Origin: Heterodontus francisci | Taxonomy: Eukaryota | Assembly (NCBI RefSeq): GCF_036365525.1 | Contig: NC_090397.1 | Location: 66,221,781 to 66,285,780, forward strand | DNA: 64,000 nt | Reading direction: 5' to 3' | Part shown: positions 39,301 through 49,888 of the stretch, one piece after another | How positions within the stretch are numbered: the stretch's first letter is position 1 | Layout: the number at the start of each line of letters is the position of its first letter | Program-made: the position numbers and the translations under genes | Notes under the pieces: generated by a model | What the model was told of the DNA's origin: nothing | Seen by the model: the letters and a program-made list of their open reading frames with translations, nothing else | Databases searched by the model: none

Positions 39301-41937
39301 CAATGCATTAATCATGACTGTTTGCTTTTCCTCACCATAATGTGATGAGTTTATGCCTGAAGTTTATAAACACGTGTGTAATTGAAGAAAATGGTGTGCA
39401 GTATTTCATTCAAGCCCAGCAGGCAGACTGAATGCTTTTGTTTATTCCCGTGGACAGCTGTCTGTGATGGCATACAGAAACTTGGCGTTTTCACATCCTT
39501 ATGATTCCAAGTGGAAGGAGGGATTGCATGAGTCATGTAAGCTAATAGCAAGTAAAAGATACATTATGCACACAGTAATATGTGGAAAGAGGTTAAGTTA
39601 CACTGTAGAACTGCACAGTCAACAGGGTTAATTGACATCCAAGCTGCAAGTGTGCAATGTAGTCCTTTCCAAACACTTGCAGGTTTCAGCACAGCCAAGC
39701 ACAGCCGATTCCTGTGAAAAACATGCTCAATTTGGGGCAAAAATACCTCTCATCAGAGTTCACTTTTACATGAATACTAATTGCTGCCAGAAGTAATACA
39801 GGAGAAGTTTCTAAACCACATGTGCTCATTAGATGAGTGATGTTAGTGCTGTGCAATACACCATTTTCTCATTAACTACAGCAAGCTCTTAAAACTGGGG
39901 TAAAAGCAGTGACGTAACCCATTTAACCAAATGTAAGTGTGAAGCGCTTCTTGCTCAGGGACAGCAAGCAGAGTAAAACTATCTCTATCATGTCCCAACA
40001 ATCTGCTTCAATCCCAAACCTCAGATGAGCAGAGGGACCTTGAAATGCAGATAAATGTGGTTATTTTCTTGATGGTAATTTTTCATTTAATGCTGGCTGG
40101 TGGCTTTCCCTTTCCGTTCCCGCTCACTGACCAATTACTGCTTCTCATCTGTTTCGTGCGGGCGGCTGACCAGAGGCATCCACTTAAGACCTGGGAGTTA
40201 AGATCACCGGGTTTCATGCTGGTGAGGTTGGGGGTTGGGATAGTTTGATATTTGTCTCACTCCTCACCTGCCCAATCTTGGTCCATAAGAACATAAGAAA
40301 TCAGAGCAGGAGAAAGCCATTCAGCCCTTCGAGCCTGCTCTGCCTTTCAACAAGATCATGGCTGCTCTGCTACCTTAACACCACCTTCCCTTCAATATCA
40401 CCATATCCTTAAATTCCCTTCATATCCAAAAATCTATCAACATCAGCCTTGAATATACTCAGCGACTGAGCATCCACAGCTCTCTGGGATAGAGAATTTC
40501 AAAGTTTCCCAACCCTTTGAGTGAAGAAATTTCTCCCTCATGTCAGTCCTAATTAGCTAATGTCTTGTTCTGAGACTTTGACCCTGTGTTCTAGATTCCC
40601 CAGCCAGGGGAAATATTTTCTCAACATTTATCCTGTCAAATCCCTTAAGAATTTTATATGTTTCAATTAGATGTTAAAATCAAGGCTAAAACCTTTTGCA
40701 TCATCACTCTGAAATATAGAAACAGAAGTAGACCATTCAGCCCCTCAAAACTGTTCCACAGTTCTATAAGATGCTGACTGATATGGACCTAAATCTATTT
40801 CCCCACCTTTGATCCATTGCTCTTGATACCCTCCCAACAAAAATCTAATCTCATTCTTGAAATTTTCAATTGATCCAGTATCCACAGCCTCATGGTCTCA
40901 GAGGTAAAAGGTCAGTGACTGATCTCGTGTCAGACTCAGACCTCAACCCAATGTTTTGAACTAAAAATAAACACAAATTGTTCACAAAAACTTGATAGAT
41001 TTCTTATTTGCATTTGCAGTTTCATCATATTCTGATTCAAAATAGCAAAAAAACACTTTGATGGTAAAAGAACTTGATGGTTCTTTCCAACAATTTTGTT
41101 TCATTTGAAACAAAAAGGGTAAATTTTCGAATGGGGTGAAATCCGCTTTTGAGCAATATCTGGTCACTCTTAAAAGTTCTTCCATAATGTTCCTGTTGTC
41201 CAGTGAACTCTGCTTAAAATGACTCGAAGGACATCAGGTGCAGACAGTGTAGGATTTGGCTATAGGGCGCCCCAACCAACAGCCGATGAAAATTGGACAC
41301 TGACATATAAATAGAGCTCACACATGACGAATGACCAATTGAATGAGATACTGGAGGACAGCTGCCCCAGGAGATTCCACCTCCACAGAATCAACACCAT
41401 TAGGAAAGGAGGGAAGATAAAGGGAGAAAATAAAATAAATGTGTAATTCCCATTGCTGTCCAAAATCTATAAGTGATTCTATGTCTTCCATCCTGTGTAT
41501 TTACAGTGAAACTTTGATCTCCTATCCCCAATCAAATTGGCATATCCTGCTTTTTGAAGGGTTAGTCTATGCATTGTTCGATATTTCATTTCAGTGTCAG
41601 ACATTATATCAATATTTCTCCTGCAGGCCAGTTCTTATACAGTGATGTCCAAATCACTGAAGCGTCTCCAGATACAACTGGATCTGCAAGACAGCAAAAC
41701 CAGACAGGAGCTTGGACTGAAGGAAGTGAGGGGTCCAAGGGGTCAAGGATCATGTTAAATATTAAAAATCGACTCGTGCCTGTGGTGAAAAAGCAAAGAC
41801 AGATTTACAATGGGCAGCACCAGGTCGATTGCTGGTTCGCAAAGAACAATGCTGCCAATCTGATTGATGGATCGTACAAAGATTATCTTGTGTCACATCT
41901 CTTTGAGACAAGCACAAGCAATGCAATTGAACTTTAA
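3173..41937 (+). CDS. ITIH5: ITIH5, 5'-partial multi-exon CDS: join(3173-3336,5617-5712,9303-9550,15298-15467,15867-15983,26953-27124,28368-29201,31240-31293,34530-34646,37084-37461,41627-41937)
   Basis: All introns are GT-AG with compatible phases; the total of 2661 nt is divisible by 3 and ends in TAA. Peptides match remembered vertebrate ITIH5: [69 protein letters not shown]. Confidence 0.96.
5617..5712 (+). CDS. ITIH5: ITIH5 exon (exon 4 equivalent), VIT domain
   Basis: Long pyrimidine tract, gtacag|GATC ... AATAT|gtaggt; 96 nt; [14 protein letters not shown]... Not in the ORF track. Confidence 0.9.
5862..6597. mobile_element. GC-rich MITE, PIF/Harbinger-like non-autonomous DNA transposon
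   Basis: TIRs ggccagaatctta / taaaattctggcc; 3-bp TSD agt (5859-5861, 6598-6600); an inverted sister copy lies at 55537-56150. Confidence 0.8.
7616..7831 (-). mobile_element. CR1 LINE 3' fragment
   Basis: (aaagaac)n tail followed by acagcacaggaacaggccattcggccc. Confidence 0.75.
9303..9550 (+). CDS. ITIH5: ITIH5 exon (exon 5 equivalent)
   Basis: cctgacag|AGAC ... GCAG|gtaact; 248 nt; [26 protein letters not shown]. Confidence 0.93.
9985..10056 (-). mobile_element. Penelope-like terminal repeat fragment
   Basis: gctggaaatacttagcag...gtggagagagaaacagagttaatgtttca matches the arm of the 23866 palindrome. Confidence 0.65.
10112..10591. mobile_element. Degenerate GC-rich MITE, same superfamily as 5862
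   Basis: Shares gagctgccagccaatcagaggctggcag; ends aaatccagccc. Confidence 0.6.
10890..12347 (+). mobile_element. DeuSINE interrupted by a solo LTR (SINE parts about 10890-11151 and 12282-12347)
   Basis: Core gatcccacagcactattcaaagaag; the L2-type tail tttgggacatcctg...ataaatgcaa resumes after the insert. Confidence 0.7.
11152..12281 (-). mobile_element. Solo LTR-like element
   Basis: Ends (a)gttacgacc ... atgaca; imperfect 4-bp TSD ctat/ccat; its first ~200 nt resemble 50499-50700. Confidence 0.65.
14508..15022 (-). mobile_element. CR1 LINE 3' fragment
   Basis: Minus [13 protein letters not shown]...FKRKLDRHL is the typical CR1 ORF2 C-terminus. Confidence 0.88.
15298..15467 (+). CDS. ITIH5: ITIH5 exon (exon 6 equivalent)
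   Basis: tgtgcag|TTAAA ... ATTCAG|gtatta; 170 nt; [19 protein letters not shown]. Confidence 0.95.
15867..15983 (+). CDS. ITIH5: ITIH5 exon (exon 7 equivalent), vWA start with MIDAS DxSxS
   Basis: ttgcag|GTT ... AAACAG|gtatac; 117 nt; [39 protein letters not shown]. Confidence 0.97.
16395..17152. mobile_element. Degenerate GC-rich MITE with internal gatcctg tandem motifs
   Basis: ggctggatatt start; subterminal gggtggg/ccacccg inverted motifs; repeated (t)gatcc(t/c)g at about 16640-16755. Confidence 0.5.
18270..19985 (-). mobile_element. Decayed Penelope-like retroelement fragment, interrupted by a MITE at 19059-19843
   Basis: Minus [21 protein letters not shown] resembles YKPTDSHSYLDYTSSH; PFLTFHP resembles PLVLTFHP. 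Confidence 0.7.
19059..19843. mobile_element. GC-rich Harbinger-like MITE
   Basis: TIRs gggctggatttt / aaaattctagccc; internal block similar in reverse orientation to 61330-61400; TSD not clean. Confidence 0.7.
20176..20560 (-). mobile_element. DeuSINE (SacSINE1-like)
   Basis: Reverse L2-type tail ttgcatttacattgtgcc and head ccttctgactgag...agtgc. Confidence 0.6.
20923..21270 (-). mobile_element. HE1-like tRNA-derived V-SINE, full length
   Basis: Minus strand: A box tggcgcagtgg, B box ggttcaattc, V-domain tgtgtggagtttgcaagttctccc...ggtttcctcccac, CR1-derived tail. Confidence 0.9.
23400..23705 (-). mobile_element. 3' fragment of a second abundant LINE family (CR1/L2 superclade)
   Basis: Minus [14 protein letters not shown]...FKKAAHH. 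Confidence 0.75.
23866..24075. repeat. Palindromic Penelope-derived terminal repeat (77-bp inverted arms, 18-nt loop)
   Basis: 23866-23942 is the reverse complement of 23961-24037 with one difference; the same sequence terminates the GIY-YIG Penelope fragment at 59345-59465. Confidence 0.9.
23927..23963 (-). ncRNA. Minimal type I hammerhead ribozyme motif (Penelope-associated), probably impaired
   Basis: Minus strand GGUU CUGAUGA A AGGUC-ACU-GACCU GAAAC AUU AACU; the other arm has GAAACGUU, so this copy appears to carry a CpG-type G>A change. Confidence 0.6.
24828..24995. repeat. Older, degenerate Penelope-derived palindrome
   Basis: gcagaaaatctggaaatatacagcagg ... ctgataaaggatccc ... cctgctgtgcagttgcagaattttctgc. 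Confidence 0.55.
25320..25572 (+). mobile_element. CR1 LINE ORF2 fragment
   Basis: [22 protein letters not shown]...TRGH. Confidence 0.88.
25575..26104 (-). mobile_element. LINE 3' fragment (second family)
   Basis: [23 protein letters not shown]...[10 protein letters not shown], with the gggcaataaatgctggc tail. Confidence 0.88.
26262..26730 (-). mobile_element. MetaSINE-like tRNA SINE
   Basis: Reverse of the ctggttcactaatgtcctttagggaaggaaatctgcc-type Meta core; tail shared with the second LINE family. Confidence 0.65.
26953..27124 (+). CDS. ITIH5: ITIH5 exon (exon 8 equivalent), vWA
   Basis: ttgtcag|ACC ... GGAG|gtaaaa; 172 nt; [24 protein letters not shown]. Confidence 0.94.
27877..28169. 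mobile_element. MITE fragment
   Basis: GC-rich block ending gttaaagtcaaggcc, similar to 13966-14110 and 40040-40690. Confidence 0.45.
28368..29201 (+). CDS. ITIH5: ITIH5 large exon (equivalent to human exons 9+10), vWA C-half and following region
   Basis: ttcccag|TTACC ... CCAG|gtaaag; 834 nt open frame; [46 protein letters not shown]. Confidence 0.95.
30404..30740 (+). mobile_element. HE1-like V-SINE
   Basis: tggcgcagtggttagcacc...gggttcaaatc, V-domain, tail ctgtatctctaaaataaataaa. Confidence 0.9.
31240..31293 (+). CDS. ITIH5: ITIH5 short exon (exon 11 equivalent)
   Basis: tttgtctag|ACAGC ... TCAG|gtgagt; 54 nt, phase 1-1; [18 protein letters not shown], resembling human KISKTS. Confidence 0.88.
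31670..31985 (-). mobile_element. LINE 3' fragment (second family)
   Basis: Same sequence family as 25575-26104. Confidence 0.8.
33454..34324. mobile_element. GC-rich MITE containing a nested MetaSINE fragment (about 34078-34290, minus)
   Basis: Ends gggttgaaattt / aaaattcccccc, flanks att/agt; Meta core ggcagatttccttccctaaaggacattagtgaacc. Confidence 0.55.
34530..34646 (+). CDS. ITIH5: ITIH5 exon (exon 12 equivalent) with the Asp-Pro processing site
   Basis: cttatccag|CTGAT ... TTCAG|gtaggt; 117 nt; [36 protein letters not shown]. Not in the ORF track. Confidence 0.96.
34704..35160 (-). mobile_element. CR1 LINE 3' fragment
   Basis: tagaatcatagaat tail; aacacctctatcaaatctcctcttaaccttctc is the reverse of [11 protein letters not shown]. 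Confidence 0.85.
35162..35472. mobile_element. Truncated MITE of the 5862/55537 family
   Basis: Ends gggcctcccgcccaatgtaaaattccggcc, nearly identical to the 56150 end. Confidence 0.7.
35500..36210 (-). mobile_element. L2 LINE 3' fragment
   Basis: [19 protein letters not shown]...QNSAAHVL...[13 protein letters not shown] is the classic L2 ORF2 end. Confidence 0.9.
37084..37461 (+). CDS. ITIH5: ITIH5 exon (exon 13 equivalent), ITI heavy-chain C-terminal domain
   Basis: cctggcag|GAGTG ... TTAG|gtaagt; 378 nt; [24 protein letters not shown]...HGLL. Confidence 0.97.
37625..37983 (+). mobile_element. MetaSINE-like element
   Basis: gttcactcatgtcctttgtagaaggaaatttgctgtccttacccagtctggcctatatgtgact; tail gggcaataaatgcc. 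Confidence 0.65.
38805..39116 (-). mobile_element. HE1-like V-SINE inserted into a MetaSINE (about 38490-39185)
   Basis: A and B boxes plus V-domain on the minus strand; TSD aaatt at 38800-38804 and 39117-39121. Confidence 0.88.
40284..40890 (-). mobile_element. Two CR1 LINE 3' fragments
   Basis: cataagaacataagaa tail at about 40284; second tail atagaaacagaagtagaccattcagccc at about 40716. Confidence 0.75.
41627..41937 (+). CDS. ITIH5: ITIH5 terminal coding exon
   Basis: ctcctgcag|GCCAG; GQFLY...[13 protein letters not shown]...DYLVSHLF...AIEL*, TAA at 41935-41937. Confidence 0.95.
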
Positions 41938-42490
41938 CTTCAGTGGGGGGAATCGAATATAATGTCCGTTTTTCACCGCTTTTTATTTTAAAGCTGTTGA
42001 AACTGTAATATTTAGTTGGCTTTTTCGCAATTACAAATGTCGTGCTTTGTTTCCTTGGCAACCACATAGTTTATAAGATTCCTCTGCAGATGTTCTCCAG
42101 AGATTTTCATAGATGGGAAACATTTTAAAAGCTCAGGCTGTATCCAATGTTTTTGAGGTCGCAGTCCAGAGAATCTTTTTGTAAATGAGCGAAATGTTTG
42201 TGTCCAGGGACCCTCCTCTAAAGAGTTTGCATTGCAGCTTTTGACAAAATAATCAGTCCCTGTCAAACCAAGAATATGAAAGGCATCGCGTGTTTAAAGC
42301 CACTCATTACCACCCCCTTGACGCCGCCCCCCCATTAGAGCTATGCTGGACTAGATCAGATACTTTCCGAAAAGTAAAGCAAGACTTCCTCTTTCTGCCA
42401 GACTATCATTTGACCTGAATGGCCTTGAAATGGAAGATCAACAAAACTCATGTAAGTGTTAGCAGAAGGTGATAACAGATATGGTGTTGT

Positions 42491-42496
42491 AATAAA
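42491..42496 (+). terminator. Candidate polyadenylation signal of ITIH5
   Basis: First AATAAA I found after the stop codon (about 550 nt downstream), with TGTA motifs just upstream; no transcript evidence. Confidence 0.4.
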
Positions 42497-43586
42497 ACAC
42501 ATGCCGAGCAATTAGATTTGGTGATATTACAGACAGAATCCTTAACACATTAGTATAACATTCCCCTGATTGCTATTTTGATGGAAGGGGTTAAACCATA
42601 TATTTAAAAACCCCATAACAGTTGGCATCCTCCCATCTATGAAAGATCTGCATAGATGGAAGGATGCCCGTAAACAGTAGGGCAGAGGAAGTCCGTACAG
42701 GTGCAGTAAATGTTCATCGGCTAAAATTGCTAATGGTAATTTCTAGGTTTATATGTTAAAAGATACAGTTCATTGATCTACAGGACTATCACTGAAAGAA
42801 CGTTTCATATAAACAGCAGGTATCATCTCCATAGTGTATGTGGAAAACAGTTCTCAGCAGGTTCAGGAGTATCTGAAAGTAAATTTTGAATGGTTGCTCT
42901 ATACGTGGAAGTTATCCATCAAAGGATGCTGAAGCTGTTAAAAAAAAAACCGAGTACAAGTCAGAGGAATTTATGCCATAGAATGGTCTGGTCAAACTAT
43001 ATCTTGAACTTAGTTCTAATCATGTAAACACAAGGGAGACATTCAGCTATGAGACCGCTGGCTAGTGCCGGTTGATTGAGTTAGAAGGAAATAGTGAAGA
43101 AATTTAGCCTTTTCAGCCTGGAGAGGAGGTGATAATGGTGTGACCTCATCTAAAATAGTAAACAACAGAAAAGAAAAGGACAAAACACTACTTCAAACAA
43201 AACCATGACTGTAAAACAAGAGGACATAGGTCAAATTCATGGAAAGCAAACTTAGTTCTGGTGTCAAGATGTTCTTTACACAAAAGGGGTAGTTCTGTGA
43301 CCTGCACTCCCAGTCATGGTGCTTGAAGGATGCACATCTTGGGATATTGCTGGCATATGGCCAGTAATTTTCTGTTCATTAATGGAACAGACACCTGAGC
43401 AGTCTAGTGAAAATACTAGAATAATTCGAAAAATAGTTGGACACTCTGATTGGGGGGTGGGGAGCTGTAGGAATGGATGAGCTAGGAATGGACTGATTGA
43501 GCTGCCACATTTGTATCTACTTTGTGATGCGTCCAAAAGATTAATGGAGAATATGTGCCAAAAACATAACAGTAAACACCTGAATG

Positions 43587-43975
43587 GACAAATTACTTGA
43601 CTGAAACACAGAGGATCCTGAGGGGTCTTGACAGGGTGGATGTGGAAAGGATGTTTCCCCTTGTGGGAGAATCTAGAACTAGGGGTCACTAATTAAAAAT
43701 AAGGGGTCGCCCATTTAAGACAGAGATGAGGAGAATTTTTTTCTCTCAGAGGGTTGTGAGTCTTTGGAATTCTTCCTCAAAAGGCGGTGGAAGCAGAGTC
43801 TTTAAATATTTTTCAGGCAGCAGTAGACAGATTCTTGATAAGCAAGGGGTGAAAGGTTATCGGGTGTAGGTGGGAATGTGGAGTCGAGGTTACAATCAGA
43901 TCAGCCATGATCTTATTGAATGGCAGGGCAAACTCGAGGGGATGACTGGCCTACTCCTCCTAATTCGTACGTTCG
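43587..43975 (+). mobile_element. CR1 LINE 3' fragment
   Basis: tctagaactaggggtcac (SRTRGH); gatcagccatgatcttattgaatggc tail. An older CR1 fragment lies at about 42940-43300. Confidence 0.85.
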
Positions 43976-44271
43976 AATGTAAACCCTACTTTCGGATGAA
44001 CTTGTAAGTCAGTTTTCATTTAGATACACAGTTGCAGCAAGTTCAATACAAATGTTATTGATTTATATCTAGATATAATATTGGAATTTTCCCTATGTGT
44101 TAGATAAGAACCTGGTGCAGAGATGAGGAATTGTTTCATACAGTCCCACCACTAAAGAAAGACATTGATTTTCACATTTTGAAGTTTTTTGATGAATGGA
44201 TAAAATTCCCGCTCATTTTCTGGTCTCTTGACCTGACCGAGACAGCTGTCTATTCCTTTCATTTAATTATG

Positions 44272-44745
44272 AAAGTGGATGAGTGTAACACCAACAACAC
44301 TTAAGAAGCTCAACACCATCCAGGACAAAGCAGCCTGCTTGATTAGTACCCCATCCACCACCTTAAACATGCACTCCCTCCACCATGGTGGCAGTGTATA
44401 CGATCTATAAGATGCACTGCAGCAACTTGCCAAGGCTCTTTCGACAACACCTTCCAAACCCATGACCTCTACCACCTAAAGGATAACGATAGCAGGTGCT
44501 TGGGAACACCATTAACTCCAAGTCACACACCATCCTGACTTGGAAATATATCACTATTCCTTCGTGGTCACAGGGTCAAAATCTTGGAACACCCTACCTA
44601 TCAGCACTGTGGGTGTACTTACACCACCCGGACTTCAGTGGTTCAAGGAGGTGGCTCACCACCACCTTCTCAAGGGCAATTAGGCATGGGCAATAAATAC
44701 TGGCCTAGCCAGTGACACTCATGTCTCATGGATGAATAAAAAGAA
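44272..44745 (+). mobile_element. LINE 3' fragment (second family)
   Basis: aagaagctcaacaccatccaggacaaagcagcc...ctcaccaccaccttctcaagggcaattagg. Confidence 0.85.
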
Positions 44746-45219
44746 AATTGCCGGGTACAAATACTGTAAACAGGTATAAGTGGTTTATGTGGACTTGCAA
44801 CTTGCAGAGGACGAGTAAGACAATTGTCGCCTCAGATCCCCTTGCGTCCTTCATATCATTGCTGATTAATAACTAATACTATTTTTTTTAACATTGAGAA
44901 ATAGGCCAAGATCCAAAACCCATTCTACAGGCTTCATTAAGAGAAGACAGGGTTCATCCAGCAGTAGTGGTGCTAAGCTGAGGTTTGAAAATTGACAACT
45001 AGGAGAAGGGAAGGTCAGGATAAAAAAGGGCAGAAGAGTCAAGGAACTAAAATGGTTAGGGCAGAAGAAGAGAAAGCTCAAGGAAGTGATTATAAGAATG
45101 GACAAGGAGAAAGAGAGATAGCAAAAACAAAAGCTTTGGAAAGTATCCCAGGAGACTAAATAACCTTGTGGAGCTTAGAACAATGTCTGCAGTAATACGA
45201 CCACAGGCAGTCCAACAAC

Positions 45220-46100
45220 AACAATGTTCAGCACCATTCGTGACTCCTCAGATACTGAAGCAGTCCGTGTAGAAATGCAGCAAGACCAGGACAATATCCA
45301 GGCTTGGGCTGATAAGTGGCAAGTAACATTCGCACCACACAAGTGCCAGGCAATGACCATCTCCAACAAGAGAGAATCTAACCATCTCCCCTTGACACTC
45401 AATAGCATGACCATCATTGAATCCCTCACTATTAACATCCTGGGGGTTAACATTGACCAAAAACTGAACTGGAGTGGCCATATAAATATTGTGGCTACAA
45501 GAGCAGGTCAGAGGCTAGGAATTCTGCGGCAGCTAACTCACCTCCTGACTCCCCAAAGCCTGTCCACCATCTACAAGACACAAGTCAGAAGTGTGATGGA
45601 ATACTCTCCACTTGCCTGGATGGGTGCAGCTTCAACAACACTCAAGAAGCTCGACACCATCCAGGACAAAACAGCCCACTTGATTGGGACCCCATTCACA
45701 AATATTCACTCCCTCCGCCACTGACACACAGTGGCAGCAGTGTGTACCATCTACAAGATGCATTGCAGCAATGCACCAAGGCTCCTTAGACAGCACCTTC
45801 CAAACCCACGACCTCTACCACCTAGAAGGACAAAGGCAGCAGATGCATGGGAACACCACCACCTGCAAGTTCCCCTCCAAACCACACACCATCCTGACTT
45901 GGAACTATATCGCCGTTCCTTCACTGTCGCTGGGTCAAAATCCTGGAACTCCCTTCCTAACAGCACTGTGGGTGTACCTACCCCACATGGGCTGCAGCAG
46001 TTCAAGAAGGCAGCTCACCACCACCTTCTCAAGGGCAGGTATGGATGGGCAATAAATGCTGGCCTAGCCTGCGACGCCCACATCCCATGAACTAATAAAA
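45220..46100 (+). mobile_element. LINE 3' part with RT C-terminus (second family), little diverged
   Basis: ORF IQAWADKWQVTFAPHKCQAMTI...ILGVNIDQKLNW...[12 protein letters not shown]. Confidence 0.92.
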
Positions 46101-46107
46101 GAAAACA

Positions 46108-47105
46108 ATAACTATTTACACATTTATATAGCACATTTAACATAGTAAAATATCACAAGGTGCTTACCAAGAGCAATATCAATAAAAACATTTATGACAT
46201 TTTTGGTACTGAGCCACAGAAGAAGAACTCAAAAAAAAAAAATGACCCAACAGCTTAATCAAAGAGGTAGGTTTTTAGGAGCATCTTAAAAGAGGAGAGA
46301 GAAGTTGAGAGGTAGAGAAGTTTAGGGAGAGAATTCCAGTGCTTAGGGCCCAGGCATCTGAAAGCACGGCCACCAATAGTGGATCATTTAAGGTCAGGGA
46401 TATGCAAAAGGCCAGAATTGCAGGAGTGCAGAGATCTCAAAGGCTTGTAGGCTGGAGGACGCTACACAGATGGGGAGGGGCGAGGCAATGGAGGGATTTG
46501 AAGACAAGGATGACTTTAAACTTGCAGTGTAGGTCAGGGAGCCAGTGAAGGTCAGCAAGCACAGGGGTGATGGGTGAATGAGACTTGGAGTGACTTAAGA
46601 TATGGGCAGCAGAGTTTTGGATGAGCACGTTAATGGAGGGTAGAAGATGGGAGGTCAGCCAAGAGAGCATTGGAATAGTCAAGTCTAGAGGTAATGGAAC
46701 ATGGATGAGGGCTTCAACAGCAGATGAGCTGAGGGAAGGTCAGAACTGAGTAATGTTACATAGGTGGAAGTAGGCAGTCTTGGTGATGGTGGATATGCAG
46801 TCAGAAATTCAACTCAGGGCCAAATGCAGCACTGAGGTTGCGAGTGGTTGTGCTCAGCTTAAGATAGTTATCAGAGATGCAAACGATGATCAAGGAATGG
46901 AGTTTGTGGCAGGGATCAAAGACAATGACTTTATCTTCCCAATTTTTAATTGGAGGAAATTTCTGATTAACCAATATTGGATGTTGGACAAGCAAGGTGA
47001 CAAATCAAAGAGAGCAAATGAGTCCAAGGAGGTTGTCGTGAGATAGAGCTGATTATCGTCGGCACTTATGTGGAACCTGATGTGTTTTCAGATGTTATTG
47101 CCAAG
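46108..47105 (-). mobile_element. L2 LINE 3' fragment
   Basis: QNSAAHIL...SPITPVLADLHWLP...FKSLHCLAP. Confidence 0.88.
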
Positions 47106-47669
47106 GGATACAAGGAGATTGACCAACTATTATTGGGACTGAAAGCAGGTTTTCCAATTCCCAAGAAGAAAATTTATATATGTCTACCATTCAGCAACAA
47201 AAAAGGTCAGGCCACCGTAACAGGTGAAAGGAAACTGAGTTGGTCAAAAAGTGGTTTGGATTCTTCATTGACCGTAAAAACAAGCCAAAAAGGGGAGAGG
47301 TGTTCAGATTTAGCACATTAACATTGTGCTTGTGCATCCTTGCATCCTTGTGGGACTTCTGCCAACCACAATGATGCATCCCTGACCCCAGCTACTTGTT
47401 CAGAGTCAGGGTCTATTGTATTTTGTGAACAGATTTCCCAGCCTCTGCAGCTAAGAGGGGACAAGAGATTGGCTGAGAGAGGCCTCTGCGCTGAAGGTGA
47501 AAGTTTTAAAAAATAAACAGTATTTACAAAATTGCTTAAACATACATAATCAATCACTTTGTAATCTGTTGCATGGGTTTTCTGGTCCTCTAAACCTTAA
47601 TTGTCCATATTAATACTGGATGCCCAGTGTTGCTATGGAGCAAATGATGGGTGATATTTCAGACATTAT

Positions 47670-48240
47670 GGTCAGGATTTACCCAGCCCGGTGGAGGTAG
47701 GTTCCAGTGCATGTAGCGTGGAAAAGGCCAGGAAAATAATGACACATCAGCATCGCGATGTCATCCAGCCCTCTTCCAGCTTTCCCTGAGGTTGATTCCG
47801 AGTCCAGCGGGGAACCCCTGTGGGTCTGGTGAGAAAACAATTGGGGTGATTAAAAAGGCAATAAAAAACCTTTTTAACCACACATTCATTCTATCCCAAC
47901 AGTGCACGACTTCCATGCTGTGTCTGCAGCTTGCCGGGGTCACTGATGCGAGTGTACAGGGGAAAGATCTTCTTCAGTGAAACTGACAAGCTGATAAGGC
48001 TTTGATCAGTTACCCTGAAGAGCTCCAGCCATGGCCAGGTGAGAGACTGCTGTTCAAAGCATCGTATGTCAGAGAGTACTTCCACTGCATGATAGGTGAT
48101 TGCCAACTTCTTCTTGGAAGGCACTTCACCTCACCTTCAGCTGCACTTCCCTGATGCCAATCTTTGATAGGCATGGGACCAGCTTATGCAGCTCCACCTT
48201 CTAGATTCTGCAGTCCTTTTTAATAAGGGGATGGCCTTTA
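47670..48240. mobile_element. Degenerate Harbinger-like element fragment
   Basis: Starts ggtcaggattt; shares ccatgctgtgtctgcagct (inverted) with 33905-33925. Confidence 0.4.
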
Positions 48241-49888
48241 ATTTTAAGCATTATTGACTGACACCATCAAAACTTGCAATGTAACTTTTTCACAAAAGAA
48301 CATTGCAGGTGGATTTCTTAGAATATTTTATCAGAAGGTGTTATACCACAAAAATGTTCTACAAGGTTAAAATACTGCAAGACATATTCCTGCTTAATAA
48401 TGGCAAAATATTTAAAGGAATAATGGACAAAGGTATAGTGGAAAATGTTACCTCTCTTCACAATATTTTGTAATTGAGTTTAAATCAGGTGATTGAGTAC
48501 AATGTTTCTTTTAATTGTCGTGTAGTAGCAGTCTGGCAGGCTGATTTGTGCTTGTCATATACTGGTATAAATAAGTTTAGAATTATGAATGAATCTATGA
48601 AACATATGTATCAATTGATAAGGAAAAAAATGTCCATTCAAACTTTTTAAAAATATGGCAAAACTTGTAGAGAAGCTAAGTTGGGAAACACTAACATGCA
48701 GAAAGAACTGTACTTTGCAGCCAAGGATTCTGAATCGCCCATTGCTTATACTTATGCAGTCTTTTTATTGGATTGCATTTAATGCAGTTACCATTGTTCT
48801 TACTCACACATTATCATCTACACATATAATCAAGGCTGTCCACTAACATTGTTCAAATATGAGTTGTTCAAATCTAAGTACTTTGACCCACACTCGGTGG
48901 ATTTCCGTAGTGGCCCATTTCTACATGGATTGAGTTCAAGCGACGCAACTCAGTTCATTTTGTCTTGGAAGGATGTGCTTGTCAAAACTATGGGTCAATG
49001 AATTAATAGTTAGAACCAGCTCTTTATCTATTCTTACTTAAATGGATTCATCTATATTCAGCAAACTGAGTCAAATTATGTACTTCTGAGTATCAGTCAA
49101 TTTCACATAGCCCTTCCATCTTAGACTTCCACTGCCAAAGATGTAATAATAATAGCATTTTCTTTATGTTAATTAGTTCAAATGGCCATTGAGTCTTTGA
49201 CCTGAGTTGGTTCCTATTCCAGTTTCCCAAAGGCATATCCGGTCCAGCTCCTACATTCACATTCTTAGGAATAAAAGATCTGGACAGAAATTGCCTCACC
49301 ACAAACAGTTTAGAGGATCAGTTGCTATCTGATTACTACAGTATAGAGCACATAAACCTTCTTTGCTAATTGTCCCCTTCCCTGCCATTGTCACCTTTGA
49401 TTGGGAAGGGAGGACTAAACCATCTCTGACCACTTCCTTGATCTGTCTACAAGGAGGCACCCGTAAGCTGTGGATAGTGAACTCTCTCTCCTTGTCTGGA
49501 CTATTTCCCTCAGCGCTCAAATGGCCTAGTGAACTCTGCTGAACTGTACACTTGAGAGGCTTCCTAAGTTATGTGTCCATTAAGGTATTTTGACTGTGTA
49601 TGTCAGAGAATATGTTGCTTTTTGATAACTTTATTACATTTCTTTCAGGGCAAATTTGAGTTAACTTGTTTTATTTTTTACAGCAGGTAAATATTTCGAA
49701 TCTGTACTCACGAGTTCTTTGTATTGTGCCAGTAAACTTGTCTACTTTTGCTATCAATTTAACAAAGAGTTGTGTTACATTTATCCAGAGGACTCCCCAA
49801 CCTGCACAAAGCATTCTTGATATAAATGTACCACAGGTACATGACTTTGGGTATGAAAATCATTGAATTACAGAATGATTTTACACAT

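Noticed and set aside
42312-42336. CTCF-like site in the 3' UTR region
   Set aside because: Several mismatches at core positions.
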